Shown piece by piece: positions 8,305 to 16,093 of a stretch of 20,000 nt of DNA; the stretch's first letter is position 1, and each line of letters begins with the position of its first letter. Both the position numbers and the translations under genes were made by a program. Where the stretch lies: the IMG/VR virus record IMGVR_UViG_3300030426_000047; one strand, 5' to 3'. The stretch is from an uncultured virus (IMG/VR IMGVR_UViG_3300030426_000047). Its lineage: Duplodnaviria; Heunggongvirae; Uroviricota; Caudoviricetes. Below the pieces are notes generated by a model. The model ran no database searches. It was not told the origin of the DNA and worked only from the letters and a program-made list of their open reading frames with translations.

Positions 8305-8363
8305 GGCTGCTTTTCAAACCGGAGGAACCACCCTCCGATGACCCCGGCATGCCGGGGTTTCGC
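8305..8363 (-). ncRNA. Type II hammerhead ribozyme, U3-A8 core variant
   Basis: - strand: GC GAAA CCCCGG-CAUG-CCGGGG UC AUCGGAGG-GUGGUU-CCUCCGGU UUGAAAA GC AGCC. Shows a 2-bp stem II, GAAA, stem III, GUC cleavage triplet, 8-bp stem I, core UUGAAAA, and a loop I GGUU / 3' AGCC pseudoknot. Intergenic and on the operon's sense strand. Confidence 0.85.
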
Positions 8364-8367
8364 TTTG

Positions 8368-8607
8368 TTATTTGGACGTGACAAAATCCCATTCTTGCAG
8401 ATTCGCAACAATTTCATCGAAACCAGGTACCGAGAATTCGTCTCCAGGATTCATAGTTTCTTTGTTGATTTCGTCTCTCAAAAACATCCCCACGTTTTTT
8501 CTGATTTCGCCGATATTCGTGTTAGTGCTGAAATCTTCGAGCAGCTCATTCATATCGACCAAAACCTTAAAACTGACTGTCACTACCAATGGCCTCAGTT
8601 CTTTCAT
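8368..8607 (-). CDS. Hypothetical acidic phage protein (79 aa)
   Basis: GGAGG RBS, operon orientation; stop lies 4 nt before the ribozyme. Confidence 0.7.
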   Translation of the reverse strand: MKELRPLVVTVSFKVLVDMNELLEDFSTNTNIGEIRKNVGMFLRDEINKETMNPGDEFSVPGFDEIVANLQEWDFVTSK

Positions 8608-8610
8608 GAT

Positions 8611-8820
8611 CTACCTCCCCAGATATCCGCAGTTAACAGCCGACCCTTTACCATTCGTATACGAGCCCAGGTAATGCCCACACGTAACCTTCTTCGTCGG
8701 ATCGGTGATCATGCTCACACAGACACATTCCAGCGGACAATCCGCCACGGTGCAGGCTGAGGTGATAACCGCCATCCGCCGCACGCCTGCCTCTTTGGTA
8801 TCGATCGATGCCATAATCAC
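8611..8820 (-). CDS. Cys-rich small hypothetical protein
   Basis: GTGA overlap with the DUF3164 stop; six Cys (CTVADCPLECVC...CGH...CGY). Exact start is uncertain. Confidence 0.6.
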   Translation of the reverse strand: MIMASIDTKEAGVRRMAVITSACTVADCPLECVCVSMITDPTKKVTCGHYLGSYTNGKGSAVNCGYLGR

Positions 8821-9440
8821 ACCCCCGCAACGTCAAGGGGGATCTGCTCCCAGCGGTCGGTATCCTGCACTCGCTCGTAGATCCGCACATACTCCCGACT
8901 GCCGGCAACAGTAAGACTGTCGTTGATCGCGGCCATGGCCCGCAGCCACCGCTCATCCTCGATATTGAATTTCCGCAAGGAAAGGATCCGCTTGGCGTTG
9001 ACATTACCCGCCCGATCGACAGAGAAGGCGTCGTTCACCAGGGCCTTCAGTTCAGGCCCGGACGAAGCGGTCCACTCATTGAGACATTGGTCGATCAAGT
9101 CCTTCGCCACCTGCAGCCGCTCATCAAAGACAAACGACTCGGCAACGGCCCGCATTACCCGGTACCGGCCGTCAAAGCTCATCAGCGTCACGTTCCCCTT
9201 GTTGCCGCCCAGGCTGGTGTCATACTCCGAGGCTGACAGCTCGATAAACTGCTCGATCTCCTCAAACGCCGAGTTTTTAAACACCTGCAGCATAGCCTTG
9301 ACATCCTTCGCTTTGGCCACCAACGCCTTCACCAACTCATCCCTGATCTTGTCGATATCCTTCACCATCGACTCCGGCACCAGATGGCCCCTGGCGTCTT
9401 CCATGTATCCTTCCGGGATCTGCTTCTTACGCTCTTCCAT
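8817..9440 (-). CDS. DUF3164 family protein
   Basis: IPEGYMEDARGHLVPE, GGNKGNVTLMSFDG, FDERLQVAKDLIDQCL, YVRIYER, IPLDVA. Confidence 0.9.
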   Translation of the reverse strand: MEERKKQIPEGYMEDARGHLVPESMVKDIDKIRDELVKALVAKAKDVKAMLQVFKNSAFEEIEQFIELSASEYDTSLGGNKGNVTLMSFDGRYRVMRAVAESFVFDERLQVAKDLIDQCLNEWTASSGPELKALVNDAFSVDRAGNVNAKRILSLRKFNIEDERWLRAMAAINDSLTVAGSREYVRIYERVQDTDRWEQIPLDVAGV

Positions 9441-9810
9441 ATTTCCCTCCAGTCAGCTCAAAACTTTTCCGTTTCGAATCGAGATAATCACGAGCCCTCA
9501 GCACAAACGCTTCAGCCGCCAGCATGGCCACCTGGATCTGTCCGTCATTCATCTCCTCGGCATCATCAAGTTCCCCGCCCAGCAACTCATGAAGGGCAAC
9601 ACCACTGCTCACCACATCCTCACGCAGTGCAATCAATACCCGCTGCATACAGGGATGATCGGGAGTGATATTGCTCAGCATGAGCAATAAATCGATTTTC
9701 ATTTCCTTGATTTTTTTTGACGCCTCATCCATCCCGGACACACTCACCGCAGGCTGGATCTCGTTCAGTTTGACAATCATTTCCTTTGCCATTTCAGCTA
9801 TTGCAAACAT
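9427..9810 (-). CDS. Hypothetical helical phage protein
   Basis: Fills the operon between neighbours with a short overlap; no recognisable motif. Confidence 0.65.
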   Translation of the reverse strand: MFAIAEMAKEMIVKLNEIQPAVSVSGMDEASKKIKEMKIDLLLMLSNITPDHPCMQRVLIALREDVVSSGVALHELLGGELDDAEEMNDGQIQVAMLAAEAFVLRARDYLDSKRKSFELTGGKYGRA

Positions 9811-9814
9811 GGTA

Positions 9815-10138
9815 TTACCCCCTAAAATCGCATTTACGGCAGGCCATATACAGCCGGATCGTCGCCGGGTTGCCTGCCGATGTTATTCGTTGAGCACGCT
9901 GGTAGGTGTTCGCACACTGCCCCGGCTCGATCTGGCCGAGAATAGGGCAGGTGACCAGACCGTCATTGCCGTAAAACTTCATTATTTTCATCTCGATCGC
10001 ATCCGTTGACGCGCCGTATTTATCATTGAGAACCTGACTAAGAGTGGTCGAACTGATCCCCAGCTCGGTTGTCACCTCGGCCCGGCCCTTCATATCGACA
10101 TGGCGCTGAAGGATTGCCTTACATGAATCACTGAGCAT
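9815..10138 (-). CDS. HTH DNA-binding protein with C-terminal Cys cluster
   Basis: HTH ELGISSTTLSQVLNDKY followed by VTCPILGQI...C...ACRKC; typical of genes downstream of B in Mu-like prophages. Confidence 0.75.
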   Translation of the reverse strand: MLSDSCKAILQRHVDMKGRAEVTTELGISSTTLSQVLNDKYGASTDAIEMKIMKFYGNDGLVTCPILGQIEPGQCANTYQRAQRITSAGNPATIRLYMACRKCDFRG

Positions 10139-10637
10139 CGTTTTTGACCTCCGGAATTATCGGCCGTTTCGGCCCAGGGTCTTTTATCAGCATATAGACC
10201 TGCTGACGGCTGTCTTTGCCGGTAATCCGCAGGTACCCGTCTCTAACGAGCAGCTTGGTGAAGTCCTCACAGCTGCCGAGGCCCGCGCCGGAGAGACGAA
10301 CCAACTCCTTCCGGGTAAAGCGCCGTCTAGCCCGGATCAACCGCCACATCTTATCACGCAACGTGTCCCGCTTTGGCTGTGGGATAAACTCTTCAAGGAT
10401 CGGTTTTTCCAGAATCTTCCACGTCGGATTTCTTCTCGCCCGGCCTACCTCGCCGAACTTCGGCGGCACCTTGTTATCCTCGACCTCTTCCAGATTCCCT
10501 TCCCGTACCAGCCGGTCCATGACCCGCAAGACCGGCTTGCGCGGCCGGTCAGCGCCACTGATAACCTGCTCCAGCGACACCAGTTTCCCCTCTTTGAGTT
10601 TTATGAGAAATTCGATGACTGGTTCCAATACTGTCAT
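10128..10637 (-). CDS. Tandem winged-helix DNA-binding protein (putative)
   Basis: Two wHTH-like repeats (...VMDRLVREGNLEEV; MWRLIRARRRFTRKEL...LLVRDGYLRI...PGPKRP). ATG at 10637 follows the ATPase stop. Confidence 0.7.
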   Translation of the reverse strand: MTVLEPVIEFLIKLKEGKLVSLEQVISGADRPRKPVLRVMDRLVREGNLEEVEDNKVPPKFGEVGRARRNPTWKILEKPILEEFIPQPKRDTLRDKMWRLIRARRRFTRKELVRLSGAGLGSCEDFTKLLVRDGYLRITGKDSRQQVYMLIKDPGPKRPIIPEVKNDAQ

Positions 10638-10638
10638 G

Positions 10639-11328
10639 CTACCCTCTCGCCTCGAAGGCCTTGAGATGCGCACTGGTGATTGACTCCAGCTTGTTCCTCG
10701 CGGCCAGTTGCTCGGCCCTGGTGAACCAGGTCGCGGTCAGCCGAAGCTTGCCCTTGCCGGACTGAGCGATGTAATCGATCGCGCATTCGGAAAGGTTGGC
10801 GCTGCAGATCTCCTCGGCCAGGTCGGCGATCTCGTCACGAGCAAACAGCTCGAACTTGACCACGGCCGTGAACCTGTCATAAAGATGACGAAAACGCTTA
10901 AGCTTTGCGTCGACGTTCTCCATGCCCATCATGATAATCGGCGTATTGGTCATGTCATTGATATCCCGCAGGACCTCGACCGCACCACCTCTGATCAGGT
11001 AGTCGACCTCGTCGATAATGATCGGCCGGGGCCGCTCAATGAGCTGCTCTACTATTCGATTGAATAGTTTGTCGGTGGAAAACTCCGGTGCCTCTCCCAG
11101 TTCGGCCACGATGTTGGCCAGCAGCGACCGCCGTGAGCTGATGTCCCTTGCCCTGATATAGGGGACATCGTTCTGCGCGGCGTACCACTGGCCGACATCT
11201 GTCTTGCCGGTACCGGGAGGGCCAAAAAAAAGGCCGTTGCCGATCCTGCCCTTGATCGGTGTGTTGACCACCTCAACGCCATGCAGAAAGCGCTTAACGT
11301 TCTTGGTGATTGCAAAATTCTCGGTCAT
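10639..11328 (-). CDS. Transposition ATPase (MuB-like AAA+)
   Basis: Walker A GPPGTGKT, Walker B IIIDEVDYL, LRDIND, PIIMMG; directly after the transposase; AGGAGG RBS. Confidence 0.9.
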   Translation of the reverse strand: MTENFAITKNVKRFLHGVEVVNTPIKGRIGNGLFFGPPGTGKTDVGQWYAAQNDVPYIRARDISSRRSLLANIVAELGEAPEFSTDKLFNRIVEQLIERPRPIIIDEVDYLIRGGAVEVLRDINDMTNTPIIMMGMENVDAKLKRFRHLYDRFTAVVKFELFARDEIADLAEEICSANLSECAIDYIAQSGKGKLRLTATWFTRAEQLAARNKLESITSAHLKAFEARG

Positions 11329-11366
11329 GCTTTAATTTCCTCCTTGTTGTGAAGCTTTACTTTTAA

Positions 11367-11390
11367 GGCCGGGTGTTACCGCACCCGGCC
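11367..11390. other. GC-rich hairpin between transposase and ATPase genes
   Basis: GGCCGGGTG-TTACCG-CACCCGGCC, a perfect 9-bp stem in the A-B intergenic gap. Confidence 0.6.
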
Positions 11391-11396
11391 GCTCTT

Positions 11397-13607
11397 TTAT
11401 GCATTAGCCCGATGCTGTTCTTCCAGGCCGACCTTCTTCCTTAAATCTCCCTGCAAGGCCATGTAGCTCCGGCCGTTTGCCGAATCGTAATACTTGTTCA
11501 AAAAGTCGAATTCCCATTTGGTGAGCTTGCGTTTTCCCCGCCTGGTCTCGGTCCAGATCTGATCGTAGGTGTCGGCGTCCGAGCGCAGCAGAATCACTTT
11601 TTCCGCTTTCTTTTCCGGCTTAATGGCGGCAAGTTTCTCCTCGTTAAGAGATATGGTTATCGGGTCCGGCCCGGCGTTCAGCCGGGTGATGGTCTCCATG
11701 GCGTCCGCCGCCATCGCCGCCTGATCGAGGGCGGGCGTTGTCGCCGCCTCCCGGCGTACCGGGAATTCGACGATGTTTTCGATCTTGCTCTCACGGTAGG
11801 TAAGAATTTCCTCATGGATATTGGCGACGGCCTGCTCCTTTGCCAGCCGTTTCAATTCTTTTGCACCTTCTTTCACCAGCTTCTTCTGAGCATTTTTGAC
11901 CTTCATCGCCACCTCGGCCCGATTGATGCCGGTGCGTAATGGGTCTTGCGCAATACAGAAGAAGGTGCCTTTCTCGGCGTCGAAGAGATAAATGGTGCCC
12001 AGATCAATCGGATCGAGTTTGACCCGAGCCACGGTGCCGACTTCCGGCAGTGCGTCGCTGATATAGGTGATATTGTCGACGCTGACCCCGGTCTTGCCGA
12101 CCATCCTGGTACCGCCGCTTGCCGCCTCGGCCAGTAGGATATCCAGCGCCCGTTCATTGGCGATAATGCGGATCGACTCCTGCCAGGCCCTGGCCACTTC
12201 GATGGGAGTCCGGTTATTCAGACCGTGGTGCCGGTTTTGATGGTAGATGGCATGGCACCAGCGATCGCAGTATTTTTGCAGTTCCTCGGCTGTCATTCTG
12301 ATTTCGACGCACGATTCCGGCTCCCGGTCCATCAGACGTTCGGCGAAGCTGCGCCGAGCCTCTATGTCTTTGCGATCAGCGACGGAATGGCCGATATAGC
12401 CAGGCATGGTTTCCTGAAAGCTGTGGGCAAAGGTCTTAAAGGCTCGTTCAATATGCGGTTTTGCTTCGGGAGTAAAAGGAGGACACAGGACCTGATCGAT
12501 ATTCAGATCCTCAAAGACCTGGATAATATGACGGCTGACATAGTCGGAACCGTTGTCGGTCTTGGCGATTTCAGGGATTCCCCAGTCGAGCAGGGATCGA
12601 CGGATTAAGGCTGCCACTGCCGTTGCCCTGGATGTCTTTGATACATGTAGCTTAAGCCTTCTGGAGTAGACGTCTATAACCCCTATAAGGCAATACCGGC
12701 CATCGGCCAGCATCACGTCTGCGGGCGTTGAGTCAAATTCCCACACCTGATTAAGCCGCACTACCTGCTCGGAGGCATCGCCCAGGGCGAACTGCCTCTT
12801 GTTTCGCCACTTGTCGGGATTCGTGCAATATTCCAGAAGGCTGGCGTTCTCCTGCTTCCAGCTGTTGACAAATCGCCGAACCGCACTCATGCCTGGAACT
12901 TTGCCGAATCGTACTTCGAGGGCGAGCTGCAGGGTTGCAAAAGTTGAGTGCGGATGTCCCTTCAGCATGCCCAGAATAAAATCTCTTTGCTCAGGACTGA
13001 GCGAGGATGAGCCTTTTTTTGGATTGCAGTAGCCGGGCAACAAGCCGGGCAGGCCGTCCTGCTGAAACGCAGCCTGCCACCGGCACAACGTCGACCAGGA
13101 GACCTGTTTGACGTGTGCCTGGATGTGGTCTGCGATTCTGATCTCACCGCGATTGTAGAGCAGGCAGAACTGGGCAGTCCCTTTCTTGCGGTTCTCGGCT
13201 TGTGAGGCTGCAAGAAAGTTTTCCCAGGTTCGCATGATGTCCCGACGAGCATAGGCGATGGCCTGTTTCTCGGGCGGCAGTGCTCCGAAAGCGGCGAGCT
13301 GCGCCTCGACCTCGATCTTGTGGCGCTCTTCGGCTCCTTTTCGTTCTTGGGCCAGTTCGTTTCCGGCTTCCGCACCGGCTAGGGCTGCAGGTGTCCCGGT
13401 CAGAAGCATAGCGGTAGCGTCATGGCGGGCGAAAGCAATACGCACGTCATCCGGTAAATAACGAATGACGTACATCATTTCAAACCCGCCCTGAACACGC
13501 CTTTTGACGATTTTCCAGTTTTCCTTGTCGGCTCGACGCCTTACGGATCTCTGGGTGATATCGAGTGCGGCGGCTATCTCGCTGGCGCTGACGGTTTTCA
13601 TGCTCAT
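11397..13607 (-). CDS. Mu-like DDE transposase A
   Basis: N-terminal Mu DNA-binding-like domain (SASEIAAALDITQRSVRRRADKENW...RVQGG), HTH (VSWSTLCRW), DDE core WEFDST / KTDNGSDY / KPHIERAF, YHQNRHHGL. Confidence 0.95.
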   Translation of the reverse strand: MSMKTVSASEIAAALDITQRSVRRRADKENWKIVKRRVQGGFEMMYVIRYLPDDVRIAFARHDATAMLLTGTPAALAGAEAGNELAQERKGAEERHKIEVEAQLAAFGALPPEKQAIAYARRDIMRTWENFLAASQAENRKKGTAQFCLLYNRGEIRIADHIQAHVKQVSWSTLCRWQAAFQQDGLPGLLPGYCNPKKGSSSLSPEQRDFILGMLKGHPHSTFATLQLALEVRFGKVPGMSAVRRFVNSWKQENASLLEYCTNPDKWRNKRQFALGDASEQVVRLNQVWEFDSTPADVMLADGRYCLIGVIDVYSRRLKLHVSKTSRATAVAALIRRSLLDWGIPEIAKTDNGSDYVSRHIIQVFEDLNIDQVLCPPFTPEAKPHIERAFKTFAHSFQETMPGYIGHSVADRKDIEARRSFAERLMDREPESCVEIRMTAEELQKYCDRWCHAIYHQNRHHGLNNRTPIEVARAWQESIRIIANERALDILLAEAASGGTRMVGKTGVSVDNITYISDALPEVGTVARVKLDPIDLGTIYLFDAEKGTFFCIAQDPLRTGINRAEVAMKVKNAQKKLVKEGAKELKRLAKEQAVANIHEEILTYRESKIENIVEFPVRREAATTPALDQAAMAADAMETITRLNAGPDPITISLNEEKLAAIKPEKKAEKVILLRSDADTYDQIWTETRRGKRKLTKWEFDFLNKYYDSANGRSYMALQGDLRKKVGLEEQHRANA

Positions 13608-14491
13608 CCCTTCAGGTGCATGTGGTCTTCAAGCAGCTGCTTGAAGGTATCATTAAGGAGTTTCGGCGTTGCGCATTCGACGTGCAGCACCCAGGTGTCA
13701 CCATGGTGATATTCCTCTATCACTCGCGCTTTCGTGTCCATGCGGAAGATCCGGAAACCGGCTTTCTTCAGCTTCTCCCGGTCGGCGAGTTCCATCGCGC
13801 AGCCGTAGCCGTCGAGGGTTCCGGGGACGGCCTCCGCGACCACTTCAAGCAGGCCGAGCAGGACATTATGGACTGTTTTGCGCGAGGTGTAGCGCCAGTT
13901 GGCCTCCCTCTCTATCCGGACCTGATCGAAGAACCGGTCAAAGGCTTCAACAAATTCGGGGGATTGGAAATCGGTGCGGTTTTCCCGGGTCTCTTTCTTG
14001 GTTTTCTCGACATGCTTGTCGATGGCCTCGCCCTTATAGCTGAGGACTGCTTTCTTTACGGCTTTGGCGGTTATCTTGGTGCCTGATTCTTGGGCGTCAT
14101 TTACCAGACTCTGCCAGACTTCTACCTGTTCCTCGGGTGGGAGTTTGGCGAGTTCGCGGGCTTGGGCTTCGTTGGTGGGAAGGGGGATTGCTATCGATCC
14201 TTCAGCTTCTCCTTTGACAACAATTGTTGTCAAATTATCATAAACAGTTTTTGAAGCTATCAACTGATCAGCTCTTTGGTGCGACATGTCCCAAAGATCC
14301 CGGCAATACTCTTCAAAAGCCTTATAGCTCTGTCTATATAAACGCCTATCGCGGATCTCAGCCAGGGCGTTGCCGACAGCAACAAATCCGGTGAAATTTT
14401 CTTTAATTATTGATTCAAGCTGTGAAAGTCTCTTGTTTTCAGCAACAGACAGTTTACCCCCTTGAATAATCTCTGGAACCAGTGCGCTCAT
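13604..14491 (-). CDS. Phage protein with DUF3102-like N-terminal DNA-binding domain
   Basis: FVAVGNALAEIRDRRLYRQSYKAFEEYC...ADQLI, LPTNEAQAREL, ITAKAV; AAGGAG RBS; ATGA overlap with the transposase. Family name is tentative. Confidence 0.65.
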   Translation of the reverse strand: MSALVPEIIQGGKLSVAENKRLSQLESIIKENFTGFVAVGNALAEIRDRRLYRQSYKAFEEYCRDLWDMSHQRADQLIASKTVYDNLTTIVVKGEAEGSIAIPLPTNEAQARELAKLPPEEQVEVWQSLVNDAQESGTKITAKAVKKAVLSYKGEAIDKHVEKTKKETRENRTDFQSPEFVEAFDRFFDQVRIEREANWRYTSRKTVHNVLLGLLEVVAEAVPGTLDGYGCAMELADREKLKKAGFRIFRMDTKARVIEEYHHGDTWVLHVECATPKLLNDTFKQLLEDHMHLKG

Positions 14492-14493
14492 GG

Positions 14494-14631
14494 TCAACTC
14501 TCCTTACCCGGCTTATGTCTCTTACTCTCAAGTGCCATCAGCTCTTTCACTGCCTGCTCTACCATCGCCTTTTGCCTAGCTTTGATTCTGGCAACCATCT
14601 CCGCCCTGGAAACCGATCCACTGTTCTTCAT
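14494..14631 (-). CDS. Small helical hypothetical protein (45 aa)
   Basis: Not in the ORF track. MKNSGSVSRAEMVARIKARQKAMVEQAVKELMALESKRHKPGKES*; GGAG RBS; fills the gap between its neighbours. Confidence 0.6.
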   Translation of the reverse strand: MKNSGSVSRAEMVARIKARQKAMVEQAVKELMALESKRHKPGKES

Positions 14632-14633
14632 CG

Positions 14634-15101
14634 CTAACTCTCCATGTCTTCCAAGTATTTTAGTCTCTTGCGCTTTTCGGCTCGTGCCTTGCGCTCCTGT
14701 TCATCATATTTCTGGATCTCTGCCCGTAACGCCTCCGGTCCCGGCATGGCGAACATCCCGCCACGCTCGACCAGCAGCCTGATCGGCTCGCTGCTGCCGG
14801 TTGCCCGGCAGAATGCCGGGAGATATTCGGCCGGTACCCGATGCCGGTCTTTCGATTCGGCTGTCCATGCATCAATTGTGGTTTTGGTAACTTCGACGCC
14901 GAGCAGATGACTCATCTCTCCGGCAATTTGATGTCTCGACAAAGGGCAAGTTTTTATTGCCTCGATCAACGCCACGCGCAGGCTGTTAGCGATATCCATT
15001 TCGCCTTCCCTGGTTTGGGTCGGCTGGCTCTCCGCAACCTGTTTGAGGACGTCAAAAAGCGACATCTGCCTTGTGTCTATTTTTGTCTTACGTTTAGGCA
15101 T
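14634..15101 (-). CDS. Phage regulatory protein (CII-like HTH)
   Basis: LSRHQIAGEMSHLLGVEVTKTTIDAWTAESK...PAEYLPAFCRATG; second gene of the early operon. Start placed at ATG 15101. Confidence 0.7.
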   Translation of the reverse strand: MPKRKTKIDTRQMSLFDVLKQVAESQPTQTREGEMDIANSLRVALIEAIKTCPLSRHQIAGEMSHLLGVEVTKTTIDAWTAESKDRHRVPAEYLPAFCRATGSSEPIRLLVERGGMFAMPGPEALRAEIQKYDEQERKARAEKRKRLKYLEDMES

Positions 15102-15441
15102 TGCCGTCTTTTTGCTTTTTAGGTACATTGCTGTTTTGCAGCCACTTTTCCTGAAGATCCTTTTCGCGCTGCCCGGTCTGTTTCTTGATCTCCTGCTTGA
15201 TCAAGCGCGGCAAAACAGTATGGGAACTTGTCCCCCAGGCTTCTTCCCGTGTAAGGCCGAGCAACCTGGCGACAGCTTCTTCGATTTCCCGATTGGATCT
15301 GAGAGCCTTTGATCCGTCTGTGAGTGTATAGGTGGCGCCTTTGATTACCTTTTGAGTTGAGTGGTAGCCGAAACCTATTTGCTGGGCGATGTCACGGATC
15401 GAAAAACCGCGAATCCAGATGAGTTTTTGGAGGTTATTCAT
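15094..15441 (-). CDS. Ner/Cro-like HTH regulator
   Basis: First early gene, divergent from the repressor; RGFSIRDIAQQIGFGYHSTQKVIKG and IEEAVARLLGLTREEAW resemble Ner/Nlp. Confidence 0.75.
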   Translation of the reverse strand: MNNLQKLIWIRGFSIRDIAQQIGFGYHSTQKVIKGATYTLTDGSKALRSNREIEEAVARLLGLTREEAWGTSSHTVLPRLIKQEIKKQTGQREKDLQEKWLQNSNVPKKQKDGNA

Positions 15442-15494
15442 ATTTGCCAAATGGTTTTTCTCTGTTGTCGTCTAATTAACGTTTTTATATAGAC

Positions 15495-15523
15495 ATTATT
15501 AACGAATCATTAATTTATGTCAA
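15495..15523 (-). promoter_or_regulatory. Early lytic sigma70 promoter (Pe-like)
   Basis: - strand TTGACA (15523-15518), 17-bp spacer, AATAAT (15500-15495), pointing into the ner-like gene. Confidence 0.7.
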
Positions 15524-15543
15524 CAGAAAACAACGATTCGTTG
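15498..15543. promoter_or_regulatory. Putative repressor operators
   Basis: Related dyads ATTAACGAATCATTAAT (15498-15514) and CAACGATTCGTTG (15531-15543); the first covers the promoter spacer. Confidence 0.55.
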
Positions 15544-16029
15544 ATTGAAGCGGACGTGATTGAACGCGCCAAGACCATTGCGCGCACAAGCACAGATAAA
15601 GACTTTGCCGATATTTTGGGGATTTCTAGCGCTGATTTCGGACAAAGAAAAAAGAGATCAACTCTCCTTCCTCTGATAACGCGATGGGCCATTAAACAGA
15701 ATGTTGATTTGAACTACCTGCTAAGGGGATCTTCGACAGCAACCTCAAACTCGCTTGACCCTGACCCTGAGATAGCCAGTCTATTGGAGGGTGCTAGGCG
15801 TGTTTTGACCAGTGGCAACCCGATAGCTTTCGATGCACTTGAACGAAACATCAGGTATTTCGCGCACGCTATCGCGGCAGAGAAACGCGCCGATGAAATG
15901 GGCAGACAGATTCAAGAAATGAAAGATGATTTCAATATTATCAAAGCAGAAATGGCCAGACTGAAACGCGAAAACTTGCGTATCGATATGGATGCAGAGG
16001 AACAATCATTAAAGAAGAAAGCAAGGTGA
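15517..16029 (+). CDS. Prophage repressor (CI-type HTH, no S24 peptidase domain)
   Basis: DKDFADILGISSADFGQRKKR...NVDLNYLLRG phage-repressor HTH; divergent from the ner-like gene; C-terminal coiled coil. Confidence 0.85.
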   Translation: MSTENNDSLIEADVIERAKTIARTSTDKDFADILGISSADFGQRKKRSTLLPLITRWAIKQNVDLNYLLRGSSTATSNSLDPDPEIASLLEGARRVLTSGNPIAFDALERNIRYFAHAIAAEKRADEMGRQIQEMKDDFNIIKAEMARLKRENLRIDMDAEEQSLKKKAR

Positions 16030-16093
16030 TTTTCGTAGTATTCTAATAGCACATATGCACACAAAAACATAACACATTGCGTAATTGAAACGG

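Noticed and set aside
8341..8358. Perfect palindrome ACCCCGGCATGCCGGGGT as a terminator or operator
   Set aside because: No U-tract on the coding strand; better explained as stem III of the hammerhead ribozyme.
9179..9186. Canonical hammerhead core CTGATGA on the - strand (and another on the + strand at ~16334)
   Set aside because: Both lie inside coding regions, and I found no flanking stems, GAAA or cleavage triplet in the right arrangement.
11397..13607. Transposase + ATPase as an IS21 or Tn7/CAST element
   Set aside because: They are embedded in a complete Mu-like phage gene order, with no tniQ/tnsD or cas genes.
9..15312. Numerous + strand ORFs in the track (e.g. 1162-1929, 3738-4520, 5429-6058, 8923-9690)
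   Set aside because: Antisense shadows of well-supported - strand phage genes in GC-rich DNA; no recognisable motifs.
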